In this document: one piece after another, positions 8,755 through 16,005 of the stretch
Layout of the letters: the number at the start of each line of letters is the position of its first letter
Numbering within the stretch: position 1 is the stretch's first letter
IMG/VR virus record: IMGVR_UViG_3300032330_000565
Source of the DNA: an uncultured virus (IMG/VR IMGVR_UViG_3300032330_000565)
Lineage: Duplodnaviria; Heunggongvirae; Uroviricota; Caudoviricetes
Direction: 5' to 3' (one strand)
Length of the DNA: 20,000 nt
Notes under the pieces: generated by a model
The model's input: the letters and a program-made list of their open reading frames with translations, nothing else
Told to the model about the DNA's origin: nothing
Databases searched by the model: none
Translations under genes and position numbers: made by a program

Positions 8755-9768
8755 ATGACTAACCTTTTTAAAAAAGCCGCTGTATTCACTGATATTCACT
8801 TTGGACTAAAGTCAAACAGTTTACAGCATAACCATGACTGCATGAATTTTGTTGATTGGTTCATTACCAAAGCCAAAAGTGAAGGGTGTGAAACTTGTTT
8901 TTTCTTAGGTGATTATAATCATCACAGGGCAAGTATCAACATCCACACATTACAGTTTGGATTACAAGCATTGGAGAAACTAAATGATAACTTTGATCGG
9001 GTATATTTTATACCGGGTAATCATGACCTTTATTATCGTGACCGCAGGGACATTCATAGTGTTGAGTGGGCTAAACATCTACCAAACGTACAAATCATCA
9101 ACGACTTCTTCAGTGAAGGAGATGTAGCAATTGCACCCTGGCTTGTGCAGGATGATTACAAAAAGGTTCAGAAACTAAGTGGCAAATATATGTTTGGGCA
9201 TTTTGAATTGCCCCGATTCTATATGAACGCTATGGTAGAGATGCCCGATCATGGTGAAATCAATACCGATCATATGAAGGGTTTTGATTATGTCTTTAGT
9301 GGTCATTTTCACAAACGACAAAGCAAAGCTAATGTTTGGTACATTGGCAATGCTTTCCCACATAACTATGCTGACGCACAAGATGATGCTCGTGGCATGA
9401 TGGTATTAGAATGGGGTGAAGATCCAATCTTTCATAGTTGGCCTAATCAACCCTTATATCGTGTCCATAAGTTAAGCGATATATTAGAAAATCCAAAGGG
9501 ATTGCTATTACCTGACAGTCATGTTAGAGTACATCTTGACATTGATATTTCATATGAAGAAGCTAATTTCATACGTGAAACATTAATCCCAGAACATAAA
9601 CTAAGAGAGATGGCATTGATACCAATGAAAGTAGACCAAGTTGAACAAGAGGGACGCGGTGATTTGAAGTTTGAATCAGTAGACCAAATCATCATTGACC
9701 AAATCAATAGCATTGAAAGTAATGCATTTGATAAACGAATACTCTTGGAAATTTATAACAATCTATGA
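8755..9768 (+). CDS. gp47: Recombination endonuclease subunit, gp47/Mre11/SbcD metallophosphoesterase
   Basis: Contains the metallophosphoesterase motifs DIHFG, LGD, GNHD, GHFE and SGHFH. It overlaps the gp46 start (ATGA). Confidence 0.93.
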   Translation: MTNLFKKAAVFTDIHFGLKSNSLQHNHDCMNFVDWFITKAKSEGCETCFFLGDYNHHRASINIHTLQFGLQALEKLNDNFDRVYFIPGNHDLYYRDRRDIHSVEWAKHLPNVQIINDFFSEGDVAIAPWLVQDDYKKVQKLSGKYMFGHFELPRFYMNAMVEMPDHGEINTDHMKGFDYVFSGHFHKRQSKANVWYIGNAFPHNYADAQDDARGMMVLEWGEDPIFHSWPNQPLYRVHKLSDILENPKGLLLPDSHVRVHLDIDISYEEANFIRETLIPEHKLREMALIPMKVDQVEQEGRGDLKFESVDQIIIDQINSIESNAFDKRILLEIYNNL

Positions 9769-11528
9769 TAACTCTGAAGAATATCACCCTCCGTAATTTT
9801 TTATCAATCGGACAAGTAACACAAGCAGTCAACTTTGACAGACAGGAACTAACACTTATTCTAGGTGAGAACTTAGACTTAGGTGGTGATGGTGCTCGTA
9901 ATGGTACGGGTAAAACATCATTGATTCAAGCCTTGTCCTACGCATTATTTGGTGTTCCCATTAACAGCATTCGTAAAGATAATCTAGTTAATCGTACCAA
10001 TGCTAAAAACATGATGGTAACACTAGAGTTTACTGTCAATGGTATTGATTATAAGATTGAACGCGGTCGTAAGCCCAACATTCTACGATTCTATGTAAAC
10101 AGTGATTTACAAAAGGGTGTAGATGATGCACAGGGCGAAAACAAAGAAACACAGGTTGCGATTGAAAGGGTAATCCACATGAGTTCAGATATGTTCAAAC
10201 ATATCGTGGCACTCAATACTTACAGCGAACCTTTTCTTGCATTAAAAGCAAACGAACAACGTGCTATTATTGAACAACTATTGGGTATCACTTTGCTTTC
10301 AGAAAAAGCAGAAGTTATTAAAGGTATGGTAAAAGATACTAAGGATGATATCCAACAAGAAGAATTTAAAGTTAAGGCAATTGAAGAAGCCAATAAACGT
10401 GTAAAAGAACAGATTGATTCTACTAAACGTAGACAGAAATTGTGGAAGATGAAGCACGATGAGGATTTAGAGAAACTTGCCATTGATTATCAGCGGTTGA
10501 TTACTATTGATATTGCTAATGAATTGCAGGCTCATAAAGATTTAACCACATACAATACTAAGCGCAAGACTATTGATGATCTTAATAAGTTGGTTGCTCG
10601 TTGTATAGCTGATGAAGCCAAAGAAGAAAAATTAATAAACAAACTAACAAAAGAAATTGTTGATTTAAAGAATCATACTTGCTATGCATGTGGACAAGAG
10701 TTCCATGATAAAAAGCATGAATCTGTGTTGGATGAGAAGGTAAAAGCACTACAAGAAGCCTCATTGCAGGCTTTGGCTATTAATACGCAATACGTAGAAC
10801 ATACACAATCATTGCAAGAATTAGGTGAGTTAGGTACAATGCCAGTCACTCACTATGATACAGAAGCACAAGCAATCAAACATAGTAGCCAACTTGAGAA
10901 TCTTATTAAAGATATTGAAAGAAAAGGTAATGAGGTTGATCCATATAGTGAACAGATTATTGAGATGGAGAACCAGGCATTACAAGAAATTAACTTTGAT
11001 AAGATTAATAAGTTAACACGTACTATGGAACATCAAAAGTTCTTGCTTGATTTATTGACCAGCAAAGATAGTTTTGTTCGTAAGAAGATTATTGACCAGA
11101 ATCTATCATATTTGAATGGTAGATTGACACATTACTTAGATAAGATTGGATTGCCACATCAAGTAATATTTAAAAATGATTTACAAGTTGAGATTACGGA
11201 ATTGGGGCGTGAACTTGATTTTGATAATCTTAGTAGAGGTGAACGCAATCGTTTGATTCTAGGATTGAGTTTTGCGTTCCGTGATGTTTGGGAGAATTTA
11301 TATAGCCCAATCAATACATTGTTTATTGATGAATTGATTGATAGCGGGTTAGACACAATGGGTGTTGAGAATGCTATTGCTATTCTTAAAGAGATGAGCC
11401 GTCGTAGACAGAAATCTATTTGGCTTGTCAGTCATAGAGAAGAATTAGCAGGTAGAGTTCCAAACGTATTGAAAGTTGTAAAGGAAAACGGCTTTACAAG
11501 CTATAATACAGCAGTAGATATAGAATGA
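9765..11528 (+). CDS. gp46: Recombination ATPase subunit, gp46/Rad50/SbcC
   Basis: Contains Walker A RNGTGKT, a coiled coil with a CYAC zinc hook, signature LSRGE, Walker B/D-loop LFIDELIDSGLD and H-loop VSH. Confidence 0.95.
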   Translation: MITLKNITLRNFLSIGQVTQAVNFDRQELTLILGENLDLGGDGARNGTGKTSLIQALSYALFGVPINSIRKDNLVNRTNAKNMMVTLEFTVNGIDYKIERGRKPNILRFYVNSDLQKGVDDAQGENKETQVAIERVIHMSSDMFKHIVALNTYSEPFLALKANEQRAIIEQLLGITLLSEKAEVIKGMVKDTKDDIQQEEFKVKAIEEANKRVKEQIDSTKRRQKLWKMKHDEDLEKLAIDYQRLITIDIANELQAHKDLTTYNTKRKTIDDLNKLVARCIADEAKEEKLINKLTKEIVDLKNHTCYACGQEFHDKKHESVLDEKVKALQEASLQALAINTQYVEHTQSLQELGELGTMPVTHYDTEAQAIKHSSQLENLIKDIERKGNEVDPYSEQIIEMENQALQEINFDKINKLTRTMEHQKFLLDLLTSKDSFVRKKIIDQNLSYLNGRLTHYLDKIGLPHQVIFKNDLQVEITELGRELDFDNLSRGERNRLILGLSFAFRDVWENLYSPINTLFIDELIDSGLDTMGVENAIAILKEMSRRRQKSIWLVSHREELAGRVPNVLKVVKENGFTSYNTAVDIE

Positions 11529-12049
11529 AAATCGCAATAACAGGTCATACTTCTGGTATAGGATTAGCACTTGCTAATAGACTACAGCAAGACCACGATA
11601 TTGTTGGTCTAAGTAGAAGCAACGACTATAATATTGAAGATGTTTCTAGCATTGTTGCTGCGGCTAAAGATTGTGATGTTTTTATAAACAATGCATACTG
11701 TGAATATCAACAGGCTTTATTATTACAAGAACTATATATTAACTGGGAACATACTGATAAGCAGATAATTAATATTGGCAGTGTTGTTACAAATTACCCT
11801 CGTAGTCAAATAGAGTTGAATGACTTACCTTGGCCCTATCGTGACCACAAAATTGCATTAGAAAAGATGTTTAGAAACTTAGTTTGGAGACGTAGTCCTT
11901 GTAGTTTACATTTGATTAGTCCCGGGCCTGTTGATACACCAATGGTTAAACATTTACAAGTATCAAAACTAAATCCTAATAGTGTAGTTGACGTTGTACT
12001 GAATATAATGTATAATAGAAACATAAAAGAATTAACGTTATGGCAATAA
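11525..12049 (+). CDS. Short-chain dehydrogenase/reductase (compact SDR)
   Basis: Contains TGHTSGIG (TGxxxGxG), DVFINNA, INIGS, catalytic YRDHK (YxxxK) and SPGPVDTPM. Confidence 0.88.
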   Translation: MKIAITGHTSGIGLALANRLQQDHDIVGLSRSNDYNIEDVSSIVAAAKDCDVFINNAYCEYQQALLLQELYINWEHTDKQIINIGSVVTNYPRSQIELNDLPWPYRDHKIALEKMFRNLVWRRSPCSLHLISPGPVDTPMVKHLQVSKLNPNSVVDVVLNIMYNRNIKELTLWQ

Positions 12050-13143
12050 ACTGGCAATACTATCATTGGCATCTTGAACCTAGCGCAGTATGTGCGGTGA
12101 AATGTCCAAGGTGTCCTAGAACTGAGTATCCAGACACGCCATGGTTAAACTACAATATGGATTTAGAATTCATAAAGAAGTTCTTTACCCCAGAGATGTT
12201 GCAAACACAAGTGAAACGTATTACAATGTGTGGTGATGTAGGAGATCCTATCTACTGTAAAGAATTTATAGAGATATGCAGATACATCAAAGAACAGAAT
12301 CCAAAGATACACTTGTTTATAATTACTAACGGCAGTCATAAGAAACCAGAATGGTGGAGTGAACTTGCTAGCGTTTTAGATGCAAGAGATACTATTAACT
12401 TTAGTATTGACGGGTATGATAACGAATCAAATAACTTATACAGAGTAAACAGTAAGTTTGATAGTATTATAAATGGCATTCGTGCTGTGCGTGAAGTTAA
12501 CAAAGAAGTTTTTTTATCTTGGGCAGTTATTGTGTTTAGTTTTAACCAAGACCATTTAGATAAAATAAAAAATCACGCAATTGCATTAGAAATGGATTCG
12601 GTACAGATTACTAAAAGCACAAAGTTTGGTAGTAAGTATGGTACTGCATATGGAGCAGACAAAGATTCACTAGAACCTAGACCAGAATGGATAAGTTCTT
12701 CACATCGTTATGAACGTAGTGAAATTAACATTAGTAATCGCATTCAGGACAATAGTGATTACATGCAGACTAATCAAATAATGTTTGATAAGGTTAAGAA
12801 AGAATATGAAAATCAACCTATTGTTCCTTTATGCGAAATAGGGAACAGGGGTGTTTATGTAAATGCTGAAGGTGTTGTATTCCCTTGTTCTTGGTTGAGT
12901 TTCCCGTACAATGATTTGACATACAAAAACAAAACTATAAATTGGAAAGATACATTCTTTGCAATGTATAGAGAAAAGATGAATATACGCAATCGCCCAT
13001 TTGAAGATATCATTAACGATCCATTATGGAACAAATGTAGTAATGGATGGAAAGATGAATCAAAGACATGGGTAGAATGCGGGATGAAATGCAATCAATC
13101 TATTGTAGACCAAGAGTACGCAGTGGGCTGGTTAACCAATTAA
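12040..13143 (+). CDS. Radical SAM enzyme with a C-terminal SPASM/Twitch-like Cys region
   Basis: Contains CAVKCPRC (CxxxCxxC), CGDVGDP, ITNGS, FSIDG and YRVN. The C-terminus has LCEIG...VNAEGVVFPC...ECGMKC. Confidence 0.9.
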   Translation: MAINWQYYHWHLEPSAVCAVKCPRCPRTEYPDTPWLNYNMDLEFIKKFFTPEMLQTQVKRITMCGDVGDPIYCKEFIEICRYIKEQNPKIHLFIITNGSHKKPEWWSELASVLDARDTINFSIDGYDNESNNLYRVNSKFDSIINGIRAVREVNKEVFLSWAVIVFSFNQDHLDKIKNHAIALEMDSVQITKSTKFGSKYGTAYGADKDSLEPRPEWISSSHRYERSEINISNRIQDNSDYMQTNQIMFDKVKKEYENQPIVPLCEIGNRGVYVNAEGVVFPCSWLSFPYNDLTYKNKTINWKDTFFAMYREKMNIRNRPFEDIINDPLWNKCSNGWKDESKTWVECGMKCNQSIVDQEYAVGWLTN

Positions 13144-13152
13144 GGAATAAAA

Positions 13153-13779
13153 ATGAAAATTTTAATTACAGGTGGTAATAAAGGGTTGGGCAAATATTTA
13201 ACAGAGCAGTTTGGTGCTGATAGTATTGGACGTTCTGAGGGGTATGATATTACTAAACCAGAAGATCAAAAGCGTATTGCTGAATTAAGTCTGCAATATG
13301 ATGTGTTTATTAATAATGCATTTGACGGTCCACCAGCAGAAGATTGGGCTAATTTTGGCCAAGTTAATGTATATCTTGCTGTGTATGAAGCATGGCGTAA
13401 CATTGACAAAGGTGGACATATATTCAATATAGGATCAATTGGGGCAAAAGTTATACCTGCACCCGAACCTAGATACAAAACATATTGTGTAGCTAAAGCT
13501 GCATTAGAACAAGCTAGTAAGCAAGGAACACAGGGTTTTAAACAAGGCAAAGCTAAGTTTAAGACTACATTGATTACAATGGATAAATTGAATACTGCCG
13601 AGCATCCTCATTGGAAGCCTGAATGGTATGATGCATTTTGGCCTAGGCTAGAACAATGGGAAGGTACCGGTATTGAATTAGAAGATATCTACAACTATAT
13701 AAAATTTTGTTTAACTTTGGGTAAAAATAATTGCATTGAAGAAACAGTTTTTTATTGCAATTACGATATTAAGGGATAA
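13153..13779 (+). CDS. Short-chain dehydrogenase/reductase (compact SDR)
   Basis: Contains TGGNKGLG, DVFINNA, FNIGS and YCVAK (YxxxK). An SD sequence TAAGGA lies upstream. Confidence 0.88.
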   Translation: MKILITGGNKGLGKYLTEQFGADSIGRSEGYDITKPEDQKRIAELSLQYDVFINNAFDGPPAEDWANFGQVNVYLAVYEAWRNIDKGGHIFNIGSIGAKVIPAPEPRYKTYCVAKAALEQASKQGTQGFKQGKAKFKTTLITMDKLNTAEHPHWKPEWYDAFWPRLEQWEGTGIELEDIYNYIKFCLTLGKNNCIEETVFYCNYDIKG

Positions 13780-13789
13780 GTATATGTCT

Positions 13790-14350
13790 ATGTCAAGTCC
13801 ACAGAAAAACAAAGGTTCAGGTTTCGAGCGAGAAATCGCTAAATATCTCTCAGAGAAATACGGTGAAAGTTTCATTCGTGCTCCTGGATCTGGTGCTTAT
13901 GTGGGCGGGAAGAATCAGAGTAGAACAGAAGTATTACACGAAGGACAGATTCGTTCATTCAAAGGTGATATTGTGCCTGGGCAGTCATTTACAAAAATGA
14001 ACGTTGAGTGCAAGTTTTATGCTGATTTTCCTTTTCATTTATTACTTACAGGGGAATGTAAAGTAATAGATGCATGGATTGGACAACTTATGGACGTAGC
14101 TGATCCTAACGATTTAAACATTCTTTTTATGAAATTTAATCGTAAAGGTCGTTATATTTGTGTACAAAGCAAATTAACATGGGTTGCTGATAATTTTACT
14201 TATTATACATCTCAAAAACACGGAGACTGGATGATTTTTGAATTTGATAGTTTCTTCTTACACAATACTGAATTACTTAAAACATATTCTAGTACAATAG
14301 ACACCAAGTCAATAGAAAACAAAGATTCCCTTTTAACAATTAATATATAA
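13790..14350 (+). CDS. PD-(D/E)XK nuclease, Holliday-junction-resolvase-like (Hjc type)
   Basis: Contains KNKGSGFERE, RAPGSGA, GDIV and VECKFY. The start is likely ATG 13790 (or 13784) rather than the track's 13736, which overlaps the SDR. Confidence 0.8.
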   Translation: MSSPQKNKGSGFEREIAKYLSEKYGESFIRAPGSGAYVGGKNQSRTEVLHEGQIRSFKGDIVPGQSFTKMNVECKFYADFPFHLLLTGECKVIDAWIGQLMDVADPNDLNILFMKFNRKGRYICVQSKLTWVADNFTYYTSQKHGDWMIFEFDSFFLHNTELLKTYSSTIDTKSIENKDSLLTINI

Positions 14351-14720
14351 AAATTTGACGGCTCAGCTTGTGAGTCCTCCTTGAGTTTGTACAGATAGTG
14401 CTGTGCTGACGGATCTGGAGTATGCATGAACAGCAATGTTCATGGAAAACCGAGAAGGCAATCGTCAAAGCGAACCTTCAATGAGTCTATATCTAACTCT
14501 ATCTTGCGGATATAGAACATGCGTTGTCGAAGAATCAATTGAAAGACATTGGTAGCTTCACTACAGTCCCAAAAACACTACAGGACAACCGGTTGCGTAT
14601 AATGTCATGAAAAAGGCAATTATACGGGGAATAGATGGCAAAGGATGACGGGCATGGCAAGTTTCCATTGGTAGTGCAAAATTGCACTACCATGGCTTCA
14701 AAGCGGCAATATATTCCGAA
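14351..14720 (+). ncRNA. Candidate large structured non-coding RNA, family unassigned
   Basis: At least eight near-consecutive hairpins in a non-coding convergent gap. Examples: CATGAACA-GCAA-TGTTCATG (14425-14444), TCTATATC/GATATAGA (14486-14516), CGTATAAT/ATTATACG (14596-14626), TGGTAGTGCA/TGCACTACCA (14669-14692). The G-U pairs favour the + strand. Boundaries are approximate. Confidence 0.6.
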
Positions 14721-14740
14721 TCAAATAAAAGTTTTTAAGA

Positions 14741-14802
14741 CTACAGAATTGTAGAAAACAAAGACCGAACGAAGTGAGGTCTTAGATGAACGTAGTTCAT
14801 CT
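14741..14802. other. Cluster of three short hairpins (ssDNA signal or terminator of the leftward operon)
   Basis: CTACA-GAAT-TGTAG (14741-14754), AAGACC-GA-AC-GAA-GT-GA-GGTCTT (14761-14783) and AGATGAAC-GTA-GTTCATCT (14784-14802). Confidence 0.6.
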
Positions 14803-14856
14803 CTTAATGAAACAACCCAATGTTAGATAAATGAATAATTGCGTCTACAGTACCAA

Positions 14857-15033
14857 TTAGAAGAACGGCATTTGTGTTTTCTTAGTAGTTTCTAGATTGT
14901 TCTCTACTAATTCATTTACTAGTTTACGTTCCTCATGGGACATGTTTAGGATATCTTCATACGAAGCACCGCCCCTCATATACCAAGATAAAGTCAATGC
15001 TGACTTTCTTATCTCGGTACATTCTTTTTCCAT
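14857..15033 (-). CDS. Small gp51-like baseplate hub assembly ORF, probably expressed as a -1 frameshift extension of the gp26-like gene
   Basis: Below the ORF-track cut-off at 58 aa: MEKECTEIRKSALTLSWYMRGGASYEDILNMSHEERKLVNELVENNLETTKKTQMPFF. The SYEDILNMS-x2-ER motif resembles gp51 and tail-chaperone extensions. There is no SD, and the frame stays open upstream to the end of the gp26-like gene. Confidence 0.75.
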   Translation of the reverse strand: MEKECTEIRKSALTLSWYMRGGASYEDILNMSHEERKLVNELVENNLETTKKTQMPFF

Positions 15034-15043
15034 GCTGTCTAGC

Positions 15044-15093
15044 AGCTTCTGAACACCCTCAGGGTCTAAGTGTAGAAGCCTTAACCGAAAAAA
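15044..15093 (-). promoter_or_regulatory. Candidate programmed -1 ribosomal frameshift signal
   Basis: Slippery heptamer T TTT TTC (15093-15087), 6-nt spacer GGTTAA, then the stem-loop GGCTTCT-ACAC...GTGT-TC-AGAAGCT (15080-15044). Confidence 0.7.
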
Positions 15094-15905
15094 TCTGATT
15101 GGTTAATTACTATATCTTGTGAATATTCATGTTGGCAATGAATACATTTGATTTTTTGTGGCTCTAATTTTGATTGATCTTTTAATTTACCGTGATAATC
15201 ACGTATCTCAACATAGATGTTCTTATCACAGTTCTGCAAATATTCTAATATAAATTCTCTTTGGTTTACTACTATATCTTTAATTTTTACATATTCAATA
15301 GTTTGAGATAATAGATCCATTGTAATTGAAGTGATTGATACTACTGCCTCATGCATCTTTGCAGTTCGTTCTTCTTCTGGCAATGATTGCAGATTTGTAA
15401 AGACTTTTTGTAGTTCAAATTGATGTTTTCCAGCAAGACTCATTTCTTTGTAAATCAATGGTCTGAATTTTATTTCCATTTCACCTAAACGTAATGGGGT
15501 AGAGTAGTCTACTTTTTTGATATTTTGTAGCATACCAATTAAATTAACCCCATAAGTAGCCGCTTCAGTACATGCTGGACATGTAGATTCAACTTCTAAA
15601 TCATTGCCCTGTGAGCAAGATTTGATTGCTAACAATATAGCATCCACGTCAATGCTTTTTACTTGCCAAGGGTCTTTGATTGCTGGTACACAGCTTTTGA
15701 TTAGTTCTACGATAGCAGTACCATTATACAAAGCGTCTGGTGTTCTAACTGTGATTTCATCAATTGCAGTCATTGGATATACTGGAACTTCCCCGGTTTC
15801 CGACATATTTAAAACTTCCGAAGAATATCCTTCTCCGCCACTGGGCAATTTTAAATAAATTGAGGGTCTGCGAAAATATTGCTTTAATGGATTGTTTGGT
15901 AACAT
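15081..15905 (-). CDS. Baseplate hub assembly protein, T4 gp26-like
   Basis: Contains YLKLPSGG, PMTAIDE, IDVDAILLAIK, two CxxC pairs (CPAC, CIHC) and a terminal DFFG. SD AAAGGA is upstream. The gene neighbours the tape-measure gene. Confidence 0.78.
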   Translation of the reverse strand: MLPNNPLKQYFRRPSIYLKLPSGGEGYSSEVLNMSETGEVPVYPMTAIDEITVRTPDALYNGTAIVELIKSCVPAIKDPWQVKSIDVDAILLAIKSCSQGNDLEVESTCPACTEAATYGVNLIGMLQNIKKVDYSTPLRLGEMEIKFRPLIYKEMSLAGKHQFELQKVFTNLQSLPEEERTAKMHEAVVSITSITMDLLSQTIEYVKIKDIVVNQREFILEYLQNCDKNIYVEIRDYHGKLKDQSKLEPQKIKCIHCQHEYSQDIVINQSDFFG

Positions 15906-15944
15906 TAGTTGTATTCCTTTGATAAAAAAACGGGTTTTTCCCGA

Positions 15945-15969
15945 TACTAAATACTAGTGATATTTAGTA
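15945..15969. promoter_or_regulatory. Inverted pair of candidate late promoters, TACTAAATA-N7-TATTTAGTA
   Basis: A perfect 9-bp inverted repeat (15945-15953 / 15961-15969) in the divergent gap between the gp26-like and tape-measure genes. Each half contains TAAATA. Confidence 0.65.
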
Positions 15970-16005
15970 CTTAAAAAGTGGCTAAAATTAAAATGGAATA
16001 ATAAC

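Noticed and set aside
8755..11528. Intein or intron in gp47/gp46
   Set aside because: Lengths and motif spacing are normal, and no splicing or homing-endonuclease motifs were seen.
13736..13789. ORF-track N-terminal extension of the resolvase (likewise 4358-4363 for the gp53-like gene)
   Set aside because: Both rely on non-ATG starts that overlap the upstream gene. The downstream ATGs give better-supported starts.
14212..14436. 74-aa minus-strand ORF entering the intergenic region
   Set aside because: It overlaps the resolvase in antisense and has no recognisable motif. The region is better explained by RNA structure.
14470..14570. Group I intron-like snippets (CCTTCAATGAGTCTA, CTACAGTCC) in the structured region
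   Set aside because: I could not build a convincing P7/P3 core, and no interrupted gene flanks the region. An Rfam search would settle it.
14351..14856. tRNA, tmRNA, RNase P or CRISPR array in the intergenic gap
   Set aside because: There is no cloverleaf with a T-loop and CCA end, no GAGGAAAGTCC RNase P motif, and no regularly spaced direct repeats.
15078..15095. Sequencing error in the 6-nt homopolymer as the cause of the gp26/gp51 split
   Set aside because: It cannot be fully excluded without reads. However, the DFFG-stop looks like a natural gp26-like terminus, and the correctly spaced downstream hairpin favours programmed frameshifting.
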